This document shows, in pieces, positions 22,062-32,613 of a stretch of DNA of 64,000 nt. The notes under the pieces are model-generated. The model was not told the origin of the DNA, did not search any database, and was given only the letters and a program-made list of their open reading frames with translations. Made by a program: the position numbers and the translations under genes. The DNA is from Limnothrix sp. BL-A-16. Its GTDB lineage: Bacteria > Cyanobacteriota > Cyanobacteriia > CACIAM-69d. Where the stretch lies: the NCBI GenBank assembly GCA_041937175.2, contig CP166615.1:3104001-3168000 (forward strand), read 5' to 3'. Within the stretch, counting starts at the first letter, position 1. Every line of letters starts with the position of its first letter.

Positions 22062-22612
22062 TTGAGCGATCCAAACCCTTGAACTCAGCCTGACAAAAAT
22101 TCCCGTGTCCCCACGTAGAGCTAGGGAATTTTCCCCAAACCCATGACAGCCAACAAAGCTTGATTGTTGAACTGTTAGTGGCCAATGGTGAAGTATTTGG
22201 GGGGGTAGGGCTGACGACACTCTACCGATAGTGAATCTGAATTTGCTAGACTCGGGATATGTTCATACTTAAGTGTTATTAAGTGCTTTTTTTTACACCA
22301 ACTCGCTTTCGATAGTGCTTACCTCTTGATTGCCATCACGAACCTTCGCGACTGATGAGCCAGAATTGGCAAAACTCGGCAGGAATTGGCGCTGGCCAAT
22401 GCGAATCCCTGCTGAATCAATGTTGATCAAGTTGCTCAACTGTAATCATCAAGCAGCTATCACGCAGCTATCACTAGGCCTGATGGCTGCGATCTCAATG
22501 AGTAAAGGTTCCGGGCTAATGCGGCAGGTTGGTGATCAGTTTGGAATGAGCAATTTCCAACCTATTCAACCCCATTTAACGTATTGCTTCTGGTTCATTG
22601 CATCTATAACCG

Positions 22613-24253
22613 ATGGGTTTTTGGCATCACTCCACCATGGACGCTCTCCTGCCCTCCTCTCCTCTTTCTGCCATGAGCGATCGATCTGCCAGCCGCCACC
22701 AGTCCGATTCTCCGGGGCTAGGAGCTTCGCCTGCGTCCAAGGGTGAACTTCCAAGCCGTTTAACAGTTCCGCAAATTCAAGACATTATTTTTCAACATCT
22801 GATTCGATCGGTGCAGAATCTTTCACCGGAGGAAGTGCTGCACGAATTTTGCTGCTTGTTTATTCACTGCTGTGACACAACCGATAGCAAGCCTTTAAAT
22901 GCTTTATATCAACTGGTTTTTTTAAATAATCAAGAGGCTTTTCAAACGACCCTTAAACGATCCTGTTATATTTTGATCAATAACTGGGCCAGCCGTCGGA
23001 ATGAGGCTTTTATTTATCGCCTGATTGCGATGTTTGAGCATTCCCATGAACATAGTGATAGCGCGTCCTTGTCGTTGAATCGGGTGCGCAAGTGGGTTGC
23101 GGATTTTATTAGTAGTAATGATTATGACGAGCTGAAACTGTTTATTGCGCGTCATGAACTGGATCACTCCCAAGCTTCTGACCAAAGCCAGTCGGAAATG
23201 ACGGCCACGCGCACTCGATGGCAGTCCGACCAGATCGCGGAAACAGCCATTACACCCGAGGAGCAGCATTGGAGCAGTCGCTATGTGGGACAACTGTTGG
23301 TGGCTCAATCGGTGGATCCCAACAATCCCTTGGAACAACGGGAAGCGGCGGCGGTCTATGCGCGACAGTGGCGGGAGCGCTTTAAGTTTGATTTGGCGAT
23401 GTATATGGCCAAATCGCAATCAAGCCGGAGCGATCGGGAGCGTCTGAAAAATCCAACCAATTTGGGTGATCAGGTGCTCAAAATCGTGAAGTCAATTGTT
23501 TTGCGAACGGGAAAATATAGCTACTCCAGTTTGGCCAATTTGTTTTTGCAACAAACGGAAGGGCTGAGGTATCACGGCTATAAGAAAAGCCTGCTGAAAT
23601 ACATCAGCTTGGAAAGTACCCAAGATCACATGACAAAGGTGGTTCGCCGAAAGTTGCAAGACAAGTTGGCAAGCCTGTTAGCGGAAGACCATGATCAGGT
23701 GATTACGGAGGATTTACAAGCGGAAACCTGTCGCCATTTAATTCAATTTCTGACGACGGAGGACTTGCATAATCCCTCGCGGCTTTTTTTGCTCATTTTG
23801 TCGAATGGCAGTGCCTTAACGCTGACCATTTTCCTGCTGAAGTTGGTTTTGATTGCTCCCAGTACCCGATCGCACTTGGATTTGTGTATTGCGCGGTTGG
23901 TGAAATATTACGAACAGTTTGATGAGGAAAAATGTCGCTGGGCCATTTATTTCTTTGACATTTTTAATGTGACGTTTGCGATTTATACGGAAAATGTCCA
24001 GTACAACCTGGTTTCGATCGATGGGCCGGAGCCATCACCCTCGGCCTTGGAAACCACCCCCAGGGGAGATCGGGTGGTGCTTGAAGGGTTGTATGACAAT
24101 GAGTTACGCCGCAGCCTGCGATCGGCCCAGCTAGATCGCTATCGGCTGTTTTTGCAAATGGCTCCCCATGCTCAATTGCCGTCCACGGGGGATTTGTTGG
24201 AAACGGATCCGGTGCTCGCGGATTCGCTGATTGCCGATGGGCCCGATCGCTAG
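22613..24253 (+). CDS. Conserved-looking all-helical hypothetical protein
   Basis: 546-codon ORF, 'LKRSCYILINNW', 'KNPTNLGD'; start position uncertain. Confidence 0.75.
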   Translation: MGFWHHSTMDALLPSSPLSAMSDRSASRHQSDSPGLGASPASKGELPSRLTVPQIQDIIFQHLIRSVQNLSPEEVLHEFCCLFIHCCDTTDSKPLNALYQLVFLNNQEAFQTTLKRSCYILINNWASRRNEAFIYRLIAMFEHSHEHSDSASLSLNRVRKWVADFISSNDYDELKLFIARHELDHSQASDQSQSEMTATRTRWQSDQIAETAITPEEQHWSSRYVGQLLVAQSVDPNNPLEQREAAAVYARQWRERFKFDLAMYMAKSQSSRSDRERLKNPTNLGDQVLKIVKSIVLRTGKYSYSSLANLFLQQTEGLRYHGYKKSLLKYISLESTQDHMTKVVRRKLQDKLASLLAEDHDQVITEDLQAETCRHLIQFLTTEDLHNPSRLFLLILSNGSALTLTIFLLKLVLIAPSTRSHLDLCIARLVKYYEQFDEEKCRWAIYFFDIFNVTFAIYTENVQYNLVSIDGPEPSPSALETTPRGDRVVLEGLYDNELRRSLRSAQLDRYRLFLQMAPHAQLPSTGDLLETDPVLADSLIADGPDR

Positions 24254-25509
24254 GGGGCTTCAGGCCCTTTGCGTTTGGTGATCGTTTCCGTTTCGATCGT
24301 GCCGTCCTCTTGCACCCAAGCGAGTCGTCCGATGCGACGGGCCCGGGCGCGATCGCGGGCCGACTCCCGAGTCACGGTGGGTTGCAAGTCCAGTTCCACC
24401 CGAATCAGGCTGGGGGCTTCCGTGCGCAGACGACGGGCATAGACAAAGGCTGCGGCTCGGGCGCGGGGCCCCGCCGGAACCACTAACCAGTCACTGGCGG
24501 GCAGTTGATTGGGCAGGCGCTCTCCGCTGGAAAGAACGCGGTGCAAGGGTTCCAGGTTTAAGCAAAAGCCAATGCCGGGATAGCTGTTGCCGTCGGGGTC
24601 GTATAGGCCCAGCAGTTGATCGTAGCGCCCCCCTTGTCCGAGGATTTCGTGGCCGGTGTCGGCGCTGCTGATCGCTTCAAAGACAATGCCGGTGTAGTAG
24701 TCAAAGGTTTGAATGAGGCTCAGATCCAGGACGATCGGCAGGGTTTGTTCGGTGGCTCGACCGTAATCTTGCAGCAGGTCAACGGTGGTTTTGAGCCGAT
24801 CGAGCATGGCTTGCTGGTCGGGGGTTAAGTCCAGTTGGCCCACCTGTTGAATCACGTCCATGGGGCGGCCGCGCAGATCAAACAAAATCAAAGCCCGATC
24901 GCGCAGGGCGGGGTCAAGGGGCATAGCTTCGATGGCCAGGCGATCGAGCCGCGCCATGGCCGAACGCACCCGATCGCGCCAGGGTTGCGGGAAGGGTTCC
25001 AAGAGCGATCGGGTCAAGCCCGCCTCACTCAAAAGCAAGTGCCAATCGGCCACGCCCGATCGCTCCAGGCAGTCCGTCAGCAGCAACAGCACCTCCACAT
25101 CAGCCGCCACGCCCCCAACCCCCAACAGCTCCACCCCCGATTGGAAAAATTCCTGCTGGCGGCTGGCACTGCCCTTGGGGGGCTTGCGAAACACATTGGC
25201 GCTGTAGCAAAGGCGCTGGGGGTGAGTCACGCCGGCCATGCGGGTGACGGCGGCCCGGGCGATCGAAGCCGTCAGCTCCGGCCGCAGCCCCAGATCCTCA
25301 CTTTCGCTGTCGTAGATTTGGATCACCTTGTCCCGGCGCACCGAACCGCCCGCCACCAACGCATCGACCCGTTCCAGGGTGGACGTGACAATCCACTGAT
25401 AGCCCCAGCGCTGAAACACGTCTTGCAGCTTGGTTTCGATCCAATGCTTCTGGGCCACATCAAGGGGCAACAGATCGCGCGCGCCGGTCGGGGGTTGGTG
25501 AATTGCCAT
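24250..25509 (-). CDS. hisZ: ATP phosphoribosyltransferase regulatory subunit
   Basis: 'PTGARDLLP', 'LRPELTASIAR', 'QSGVELLG', 'YYTGIVF', 'GGRYD'. Confidence 0.93.
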   Translation of the reverse strand: MAIHQPPTGARDLLPLDVAQKHWIETKLQDVFQRWGYQWIVTSTLERVDALVAGGSVRRDKVIQIYDSESEDLGLRPELTASIARAAVTRMAGVTHPQRLCYSANVFRKPPKGSASRQQEFFQSGVELLGVGGVAADVEVLLLLTDCLERSGVADWHLLLSEAGLTRSLLEPFPQPWRDRVRSAMARLDRLAIEAMPLDPALRDRALILFDLRGRPMDVIQQVGQLDLTPDQQAMLDRLKTTVDLLQDYGRATEQTLPIVLDLSLIQTFDYYTGIVFEAISSADTGHEILGQGGRYDQLLGLYDPDGNSYPGIGFCLNLEPLHRVLSSGERLPNQLPASDWLVVPAGPRARAAAFVYARRLRTEAPSLIRVELDLQPTVTRESARDRARARRIGRLAWVQEDGTIETETITKRKGPEAP

Positions 25510-25556
25510 GGTGTCAGGGGGGAAACGAAATCGATCGGGCAGTGAACATCGGCCCC

Positions 25557-26543
25557 CTACTTCTTACGGCCAAACAGGCCCCCAAACAACCCACCGCCGG
25601 GTTTATCTTTGCCACCCCCGATCGTTTTGGGCTGTGGTTTGGTGGTTTTGGCAGCTTGACCCGTGGTTTGGCCCGTGGTTTGGCCGCCCGTGGCGCGATC
25701 GAGTTCCTGCTTGGCGGCCAGGGCGATCGCATTGCGCGGATCAATGGCCAATGCCCGCGTCAAATGCACCTTGGCCAAGGTTCCTTGCTTTTGGGCCAAA
25801 TACACCTTGCCCAACCAAGCGTGGCAATCGGCATTGTTCCCATCAATCTTCAGCGCATCCTTCAGCTCCTGCATCGCCATCGCAAATTGGCCCTTCGCGG
25901 TTAATTCCTCCGCCCGGTGCAAAGCCCGCAGCACAAACTGCGTATTGCTGGCGGCCCCTTCTCGGGCCCCCGTGGTTTCCCCGCCACTGCTGGGGGTGGA
26001 TGCTGGTCGCTGGGCCGGCGGCGGTGGGGGTGGAGCAGCGGCCGGACGCGCTGGGCTGGCACTGCCCGATGTGGTTTTGAGCAGGTAAACCAAATTCAGT
26101 TCGCTGATTTCAGCAATCCGGTTCAGCACCTGTTCCAAATCATCGTATTGGCTGGCGGTGAGGGTTTGTAACGCCTTGAGATACGTGCCCTGTACATTGG
26201 CAGCCTGACTTAGCTCGCGGGCCAGGGCCCCTTGGATGGCCACTTTGTTGGCCTGTTGGGGCAAGCGGCTATGCAACGTGCGCAACACGGCCTCATAGTC
26301 TGCCCGCTTGGCATCGTTGGAGAGGGTCGCATAGGCGGGGTTCACCAGCCGCGACATCAGTTGCTGGGCATAGGCCTTGCCCTGAGCATTGGCGGCGGAG
26401 CAGGTGTCGGGATGCAGCCGGGGGGCAATTTGTAAAAACCGCTTGCGCACGGTTTTGGGATCTGTCCCCAACGGAATGCCCAGGATGGCATAGTGATCCG
26501 TCACATCGTGACCAAAAAGCCCTCGTTGAATCTCGAATGACAT
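25557..26543 (-). CDS. J-domain and TPR protein
   Basis: 'DHYAILG...LHPD' J domain and C-terminal TPR repeats. Confidence 0.9.
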   Translation of the reverse strand: MSFEIQRGLFGHDVTDHYAILGIPLGTDPKTVRKRFLQIAPRLHPDTCSAANAQGKAYAQQLMSRLVNPAYATLSNDAKRADYEAVLRTLHSRLPQQANKVAIQGALARELSQAANVQGTYLKALQTLTASQYDDLEQVLNRIAEISELNLVYLLKTTSGSASPARPAAAPPPPPPAQRPASTPSSGGETTGAREGAASNTQFVLRALHRAEELTAKGQFAMAMQELKDALKIDGNNADCHAWLGKVYLAQKQGTLAKVHLTRALAIDPRNAIALAAKQELDRATGGQTTGQTTGQAAKTTKPQPKTIGGGKDKPGGGLFGGLFGRKK

Positions 26544-26806
26544 AGCGCGCCGCCGGTGCTGTGAGTCGCTAAAGGGGGATGGGAGCAGGGAAAGTAGACG
26601 AGACAGGGGCAGAGCCTGGCCGGATAGAGCCGGGCTGAATGCCGTTGGGATAGATGCAGCCTGAGGAGCAATCTGAAAGATCGCCGTTGAATTGCTATTT
26701 GGTTAATCGCTATTTAGTAGTGTATCGGGTTCCTGGGGTGGTCATGGTGATCTTTGTTGCGGGTGCGAACTGAGGAATCTGACGGTTGTTGAACCCCCAC
26801 TGGGCC

Positions 26807-27667
26807 CTATTGACCGACTTTGGGCCAGGTGGCGGGGGGCTGGTGCCACAGGTCAAGCTTGGGAACCGTTGCCAGAGCCGCACAGAGTTGATCATGTAGG
26901 TGGCCGTTGGTGGCCACGAGTCGGCCGCTGCTGGGATCAACGGGGCTGCCATCATAGGCACTGACTTGGCCGCCGGCCTCTTGCACCAACACGATGCCGG
27001 CGGCAATGTCCCAGAGGGAGAGGCCCCGTTCCCAATAGCCATCCAACCGCCCACAGGCCACATAGGCCAGGTCGATCGAGGCTGATCCGCCGCGCCGTAC
27101 CCCTTGGGTTAAATGGGTGAGGTAGCAGAATTCAGGATAGTTGGTGTCGTTGGTGTCGCGGCGATCGTAGGCAAAACCGGTCACCAACAGGCTGCGGCTC
27201 AGTTGCTCGGTGCGCGACACCTGCATCGGGATCCGATCGCGCGTGGCCCCGAGTCCTTTGGCCGCTCGAAACAGTTCCCCGCGATCGGGATCGGCCACGA
27301 CCCCAACGATCGGTTGCCCCTGAAAGAGCAGCCCGATCGAAACGGCAAAAAACGGATATTGGTGAGCAAAATTGGTGGTTCCATCCAGGGGATCGATCGC
27401 CCAAAGATAGTCACTGGTTTGGGTTCCCCCGATCGCCCCGGACTCTTCCGCCAAAATGGGAATTTGCGGACAGTGGCGACTCAGTACCTCAATGGTGGCG
27501 GTTTCCGAGGCGCGATCGGCTGCGGTCACCAGGTCGCCCGATCGCCCCTTTTCCTCGGCCTCAATTTTGCCGAGAAACGATCGCACCACTGCCGCTCCGG
27601 CCAGGGCCGCTTCCGTGGCAATCTCCAGCAGTCGTTGCAACGTTGCCTGATCTGGTAACTGACTCAT
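26807..27667 (-). CDS. suhB: Inositol monophosphatase family protein
   Basis: 'IDPLDGTTNF', 'WDIAAG'. Confidence 0.92.
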   Translation of the reverse strand: MSQLPDQATLQRLLEIATEAALAGAAVVRSFLGKIEAEEKGRSGDLVTAADRASETATIEVLSRHCPQIPILAEESGAIGGTQTSDYLWAIDPLDGTTNFAHQYPFFAVSIGLLFQGQPIVGVVADPDRGELFRAAKGLGATRDRIPMQVSRTEQLSRSLLVTGFAYDRRDTNDTNYPEFCYLTHLTQGVRRGGSASIDLAYVACGRLDGYWERGLSLWDIAAGIVLVQEAGGQVSAYDGSPVDPSSGRLVATNGHLHDQLCAALATVPKLDLWHQPPATWPKVGQ

Positions 27668-27755
27668 GCTTCAATTCCACACTCTCTAAAATGTGCATCT
27701 TGCAAACTATGCATCTTGCAAACTTGCAGAAGTCTTGTCAGCTTCACGATGCCAG

Positions 27756-28460
27756 CTAGGAAGGATTTTGGCGGCGGAATTCGCTGGGCCGCAACCGCAT
27801 GGGCGATCGGGGATTCCAAACACCTAACTCCAAAATCCGAGCATATTCCTGGGCGTAGAAAATGCGGCGATCGTACTTCAGCAGTCCCGATCGACTGGCG
27901 GGAACCGCATAGCCCGCCTTGGTCAGTTGCTCATTCACAAGCTGCCCATCCCGCCAAACATACGCCAAAAGCCGGCCGAGGCGATCGCGCGCTTCCCCGG
28001 ACTCAAATTCCAACCAAACCGTTTGCCCCGCCACCAGTTCCATCAGGGTTTGTTGGGCCTTAATCCCCCAGGGCTGTTGGCGCAAGTCCGGAGCATCAAT
28101 GCCCAAAAGGCGGACGGTTTCCAGTCGTTTGGCATCGGCCCCCGTGCCGCGTACCTCCAGGGTGTTGCCGCTGGGCACGCGGTTCACCACCACCTGCACC
28201 CCGGTGAGGGGCGAGTTGCCACAACCGGTAAGCAACCCCAAGATCAGGCCAAGGGCGATCGCCCTTGGCCAAGGCTGGCTGCGAATGACTTGGGGGAGTG
28301 GCCCGGTGCGGGGTTGAGTGGGCGTTTTGGCAAGCTGTTTGGGGCTGGTGGCTGTCTTGATGTTTGGGATTGCTGATGGGGTCGCGAATGGGCTGGTTGA
28401 TGGGGTGCTCGATCGGCCTTGGGGCGACGGTTGACCCCGATCCGGTGGCTTAATCTTCAT
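27756..28460 (-). CDS. Thermonuclease (SNase-like) lipoprotein
   Basis: Lipobox 'LLTGC', 'VRLLGIDAP', 'DRLGRLLAYV'; start position uncertain. Confidence 0.85.
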   Translation of the reverse strand: MKIKPPDRGQPSPQGRSSTPSTSPFATPSAIPNIKTATSPKQLAKTPTQPRTGPLPQVIRSQPWPRAIALGLILGLLTGCGNSPLTGVQVVVNRVPSGNTLEVRGTGADAKRLETVRLLGIDAPDLRQQPWGIKAQQTLMELVAGQTVWLEFESGEARDRLGRLLAYVWRDGQLVNEQLTKAGYAVPASRSGLLKYDRRIFYAQEYARILELGVWNPRSPMRLRPSEFRRQNPS

Positions 28461-28863
28461 CCAGGGGCAGGCCGCGGCGGACTTTGCCCTTGCCAAAATA
28501 GCGGCCAAATTGCAGTTCATATACTTCGTCTTCGTCCTGGGTTTCCACCACCAGATCCGATTCGGCATAGCTAACACAAAGCAAGGCATAGCCCCGATCG
28601 CGCAAAGCCGGCGACAGGCCCATGGCCTCCGGCTGGCTCAGTTTGCCTTCCAACACGCGCACCGCACAGGCTGTGCAAGCCCCGTTGCGACAGGAGAAGG
28701 GCAGCGTTGCCCCTTGATTTTCTGAGGACTGCAAAATGTAGCGATCGCCGGGCACTTGCACTTCATGAACCGTGCCCCGTTGGCGGTTATGAATCCGCAC
28801 CCGATAGGTTTGGGCGGCGGTCGATCGATCTTCAGCACTGTAGGTCATGGGGGATTTGGGCAT
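28450..28863 (-). CDS. fed2: [2Fe-2S] ferredoxin with C-terminal extension (Fed2/FdC2 type)
   Basis: 'SCRNGACTAC', 'LLCV', tail 'ELQFGRYFG...GLPLDED'; lies upstream of suhB and a J-domain gene. Confidence 0.88.
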   Translation of the reverse strand: MPKSPMTYSAEDRSTAAQTYRVRIHNRQRGTVHEVQVPGDRYILQSSENQGATLPFSCRNGACTACAVRVLEGKLSQPEAMGLSPALRDRGYALLCVSYAESDLVVETQDEDEVYELQFGRYFGKGKVRRGLPLDED

Positions 28864-28982
28864 CTAGGGGCCAACCAGTACAGCGCGATCGGATCCCAGG
28901 GATTGCCGCCGCGCTGAAGCTAGATTTTACCGTTCTCTTCCCATAACCGGCATGAGCCTGATAAGATAACGTCCTGTCATCT

Positions 28983-29069
28983 GGAGAGATGGCCGAGCGG
29001 TTGAAGGCGCAGCACTGGAAATGCTGTTTAGGGGTAACTCTAACGAGGGTTCGAATCCCTCTCTCTCCG
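28983..29069 (+). tRNA. trnS: tRNA-Ser(GGA)
   Basis: GGAGAGA/TCTCTCC acceptor stem, CAGCA-CT-GGA-AA-TGCTG anticodon arm, long variable arm, GTTCGAATC; CCA not encoded. Confidence 0.97.
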
Positions 29070-29299
29070 TTTTTTAAGATCGATCAAGCTCAGTTCCCTC
29101 AAGGGCGAGGGAGTCCCGACCAATCAGCGCACGGGGCTGACCATCGGCTTGGGCCGGCGGACTGTGGCGATCGATGGCCCAACCCAAGCGCTGCGAAAGT
29201 GGCTCAAACGAGCTACTTTGAAAAGCGATCTTGATCGCCCCCACTGGCTGGCGATCGGGGGGCTTCTATCGTTCCGCTGGGTGGTACTAGGCGATTGTT

Positions 29300-30481
29300 A
29301 TGGTGACTTCCACTCCGTCCAATCAAGCTGCTAATGCCTCGCCGCTCGAGTCAGAGTCATCTGCACCGAGCACCGTTTCCCTCGATCAGCACGAGGTGCA
29401 AAACAGCGTGCGCCAGGCGGGCATTAACCCCAACTTCTGGTACGCGGTGGCTTGGTCTAATCAGTTGGCAGCGGGGCAAGTTTTGGGCGTGGAAGTGTGG
29501 CAGCAAAAAATCGCCCTCTATCGAGATCGATCGGGAGCGGTGCAAGCCCTCGAAGATGCCTGCCCCCATCGCGGCGTAGAACTGAGCCGGGGCAAGGTAA
29601 TGGGCGACCATCTGGCCTGTCGTTACCATGGCTGGGAATTTGATGGGGCGGGCCAATGCCGCAAGATTCCCTACTTGCCGCCGAGTCAGAAGCTGCCCTG
29701 TGCCCAGGCCCAGAGCTATCGCGCGGTCGATCGCTACGGGATTATTTGGGTGTTTCCCGGCGACCAGAGCCTAGCGGATCAAATGCCGCTGCCGGAAATT
29801 CCCGAATTTGACGATCCCCAATGGCTGGCCGTACCGGTGACCGGTTACTTCCGGGCCCATTTTTCCGTTTGTAATGAAAACTCGATGGATGTGTTCCACG
29901 GGTTTTTGCATGAGGAATTACAGGGTTGGTTTGATCCGGTGTTGCTGAAGCTCAAGGACGAAGGCAACGCGATCGTGGCTGATTACCAAGTGTCCTATAA
30001 GGGGCACATGGCCAAGTTTTTGGGCTTTACGGACTCGGCCGATCAAGTCACCACCAAGACCGTGACGGTGCAATATCGCTACCCGCACTTTTTCAGTCGC
30101 CTGGAAGGGGTGTCTAGTTTGTACTTGATGCGCCTGCCGGTGGGGCTGCGAGAGAGCCGATCGTTTGCGATTTTCTTTTTGCGGTTGGGGCTACCCGGTT
30201 GGCTGGTGCAGGCGGTGCGACCCTGGGCCGCTAAGCTGATTGAGCAAAAAATCTTTATGCGCTTTCTGAATCAAGACATTGAAATGATGGAAAGCGAACA
30301 ACGGGCGATCGATCGCGATCCACAGCGGCGGTATGTGGAAATCAACCCGGCAATTATTGCGGTTCAGCGCATGATTTTGCGCCAATATCAGCACTTTTTA
30401 GCGACTAAGCCCAACTCTCAAGGTGAATCAGCCCTCAGCCATAAGCTGGATCGCCAACCTAAAGCGGATCAGAAACCTTAA
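29300..30481 (+). CDS. Rieske non-heme iron oxygenase alpha subunit family protein
   Basis: 'CPHR...CRYHGW' Rieske motif and 'ENSMDVFHGFLH' mononuclear iron site. Confidence 0.9.
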   Translation: MVTSTPSNQAANASPLESESSAPSTVSLDQHEVQNSVRQAGINPNFWYAVAWSNQLAAGQVLGVEVWQQKIALYRDRSGAVQALEDACPHRGVELSRGKVMGDHLACRYHGWEFDGAGQCRKIPYLPPSQKLPCAQAQSYRAVDRYGIIWVFPGDQSLADQMPLPEIPEFDDPQWLAVPVTGYFRAHFSVCNENSMDVFHGFLHEELQGWFDPVLLKLKDEGNAIVADYQVSYKGHMAKFLGFTDSADQVTTKTVTVQYRYPHFFSRLEGVSSLYLMRLPVGLRESRSFAIFFLRLGLPGWLVQAVRPWAAKLIEQKIFMRFLNQDIEMMESEQRAIDRDPQRRYVEINPAIIAVQRMILRQYQHFLATKPNSQGESALSHKLDRQPKADQKP

Positions 30482-30495
30482 GCGGATCAGAAATT

Positions 30496-30511
30496 TGTGA
30501 TCTACATCACT
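30496..30511. promoter_or_regulatory. Putative CRP-type box
   Basis: TGTGA-TCTACA-TCACT within AATT...CTT flanks. Confidence 0.45.
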
Positions 30512-30742
30512 CTTTGATCCTGAGCGGGGGATCACCACAGCATCCCAATCACAACCGAATTGCCTCCATGCCCCAACTCGCGATCGGGGCCAGAAAACCT
30601 TGACAGAGACCTAGCTTCCAATCCCGATCAATCGGTAAACTAGGTTACGATCGCACCGATCGAAGTCAGGTTGTGGTAGAGCTTTCTTTCGATGCGGTCA
30701 TGCTGCCCACCGTTTACTCTTCGCCTGTAGAGGTTCCTGCTC

Positions 30743-32599
30743 GTGCGATCGCGAAACGCTTCCCAAATTGACTCTTCGATCGTGCCTGTGACGCGGCGCA
30801 CGGGCGCTTATGCTCTGCTCGATAGCCTGTGCCGTCATGGTGTGAAGCATATTTTCGGCTATCCCGGCGGCGCGATCCTGCCGATCTATGACGAACTCTA
30901 CGGCTTTGAAGTATCGGGCCAACTGAAACATATTTTGGTGCGCCATGAACAGGGCGCGGCCCACGCGGCGGATGGCTATGCCCGCGCCACCGGTCAGGTG
31001 GGGGTTTGCTTCGGAACTTCCGGCCCCGGAGCCACCAACCTGGTGACGGGGATTGCCACGGCCCACATGGATTCGATTCCCTTGGTGGTCATCACCGGGC
31101 AGGTTCCCCGCACGGCGATCGGAACCGATGCGTTCCAAGAAACGGACATTTGGGGCATTACGCTGCCGATCGTTAAGCATTCCTACGTGGTGCGCGATCC
31201 GGCCGATATGGCGGCGATCGTGGCGGAAGCGTTCTATATTGCCTCGTCGGGTCGTCCGGGCCCGGTGCTGATTGATGTGCCCAAGGATGTGGGCCTCGAA
31301 GAATTTGACTATGTGCCAGTGGAGCCGGGATCGATTCGGCCGGCGGGCTACAAGCCGACCGTGAAGGGCAACCCGCGCCAAATCACCCAGGCGATCGAAC
31401 TGATTCGCCATAGCCAGCGTCCCTTGCTCTATGTGGGTGGCGGGGCGATCGCGGCCGGGGCCCATGCGGAAATTGCCCGTTTGGCTGACCATTTCCGCCT
31501 GCCCACCACCACCACCCTGATGGGTAAGGGGGCCTTTGATGAGCATCACCCCTTGGCCTTGGGCATGTTGGGGATGCACGGCACGGCCTACGCCAACTTT
31601 GCCGTTACCGAGTGCGATTTGTTGATCGCCGTGGGGGCACGGTTTGACGATCGCGTCACCGGCAAGCTCGATGAGTTCGCCAGTCGCGCCAAGGTGATTC
31701 ACATCGACATCGATCCGGCCGAGGTGGGCAAAACCCGTGTACCGGATGTGCCGATCGTCGGGGATGTGAAGCAGGTGCTGATTGAACTGCTCGATCGGGT
31801 GCGGGAGCTGGAAATCGCCAGCGATCCGGCCCAAACGGCCGCTTGGCACACCCGCATCAACCAATGGAAAACCGACTATCCCTTGGTGGTGCCCAGCTAC
31901 GACAACGAAATCGCCCCCCAAGAGGTGATTGTGGAATTGGGTCGCCAAGCCCCCGATGCTTACTACACCACCGATGTGGGTCAGCACCAAATGTGGGCAG
32001 CTCAATTCCTGAAGAACGGCCCCCGTCGTTGGATTTCCAGCGCTGGCTTGGGAACCATGGGCTTCGGGATTCCGGCAGCCATGGGTGCGAAGGTGGCGCT
32101 TCCGGATCACCAGGTGATTTGTGTGGCTGGCGATGCCAGTGTGCAAATGAATATCCAAGAGCTGGGAACCCTGGCCCAGTTTGGAATCAATGCCAAGACC
32201 GTGATTGTGAACAACGGCTGGCAAGGGATGGTGCGCCAATGGCAGGAAGCCTTCTATGGTGAGCGCTACTCCTCGTCCAACATGGAAGTGGGGATGCCTG
32301 ACTTTGGCAAGTTGGCCGAAGCCTTTGGCATCAAAGGCATTTTGGTGACGGAGCGCAGCCAGCTTGCGCCGGCCGTGGCGGAAATGCTGGCCTATGATGG
32401 CCCGGTGCTGTTGGATGTGCGGGTGCGGCGCGATGAAAACTGTTATCCGATGGTGGCTCCGGGCAAGAGCAATGCCCAAATGTTGGGTCTGCCGGAAGTG
32501 AAGCGGGAAACCCCCGTTAGCCACCAAACCTGCGCCAACTGCCAGACGGATAATCACCCGAGCCACCAGTTCTGTTCCCATTGCGGGGCCAAGCTGTAG
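30743..32599 (+). CDS. ilvB: Acetolactate synthase large subunit with C-terminal zinc ribbon
   Basis: '[10 protein letters not shown]', 'RHEQGA', 'DVGQHQMW', 'GDAS..MN', tail CxxC...CxxC. Confidence 0.97.
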   Translation: MRSRNASQIDSSIVPVTRRTGAYALLDSLCRHGVKHIFGYPGGAILPIYDELYGFEVSGQLKHILVRHEQGAAHAADGYARATGQVGVCFGTSGPGATNLVTGIATAHMDSIPLVVITGQVPRTAIGTDAFQETDIWGITLPIVKHSYVVRDPADMAAIVAEAFYIASSGRPGPVLIDVPKDVGLEEFDYVPVEPGSIRPAGYKPTVKGNPRQITQAIELIRHSQRPLLYVGGGAIAAGAHAEIARLADHFRLPTTTTLMGKGAFDEHHPLALGMLGMHGTAYANFAVTECDLLIAVGARFDDRVTGKLDEFASRAKVIHIDIDPAEVGKTRVPDVPIVGDVKQVLIELLDRVRELEIASDPAQTAAWHTRINQWKTDYPLVVPSYDNEIAPQEVIVELGRQAPDAYYTTDVGQHQMWAAQFLKNGPRRWISSAGLGTMGFGIPAAMGAKVALPDHQVICVAGDASVQMNIQELGTLAQFGINAKTVIVNNGWQGMVRQWQEAFYGERYSSSNMEVGMPDFGKLAEAFGIKGILVTERSQLAPAVAEMLAYDGPVLLDVRVRRDENCYPMVAPGKSNAQMLGLPEVKRETPVSHQTCANCQTDNHPSHQFCSHCGAKL

Positions 32600-32613
32600 G
32601 GCTTGAGAGTTGG

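Noticed and set aside
22330..22746. 138-aa ORF upstream of the 546-aa gene
   Set aside because: Overlaps the longer ORF and has no recognisable features.
28983..30481. Genomic island integrated at tRNA-Ser
   Set aside because: No integrase, no duplicated tRNA 3' end seen, and the downstream gene has normal host composition and GATC/HIP1-type content.
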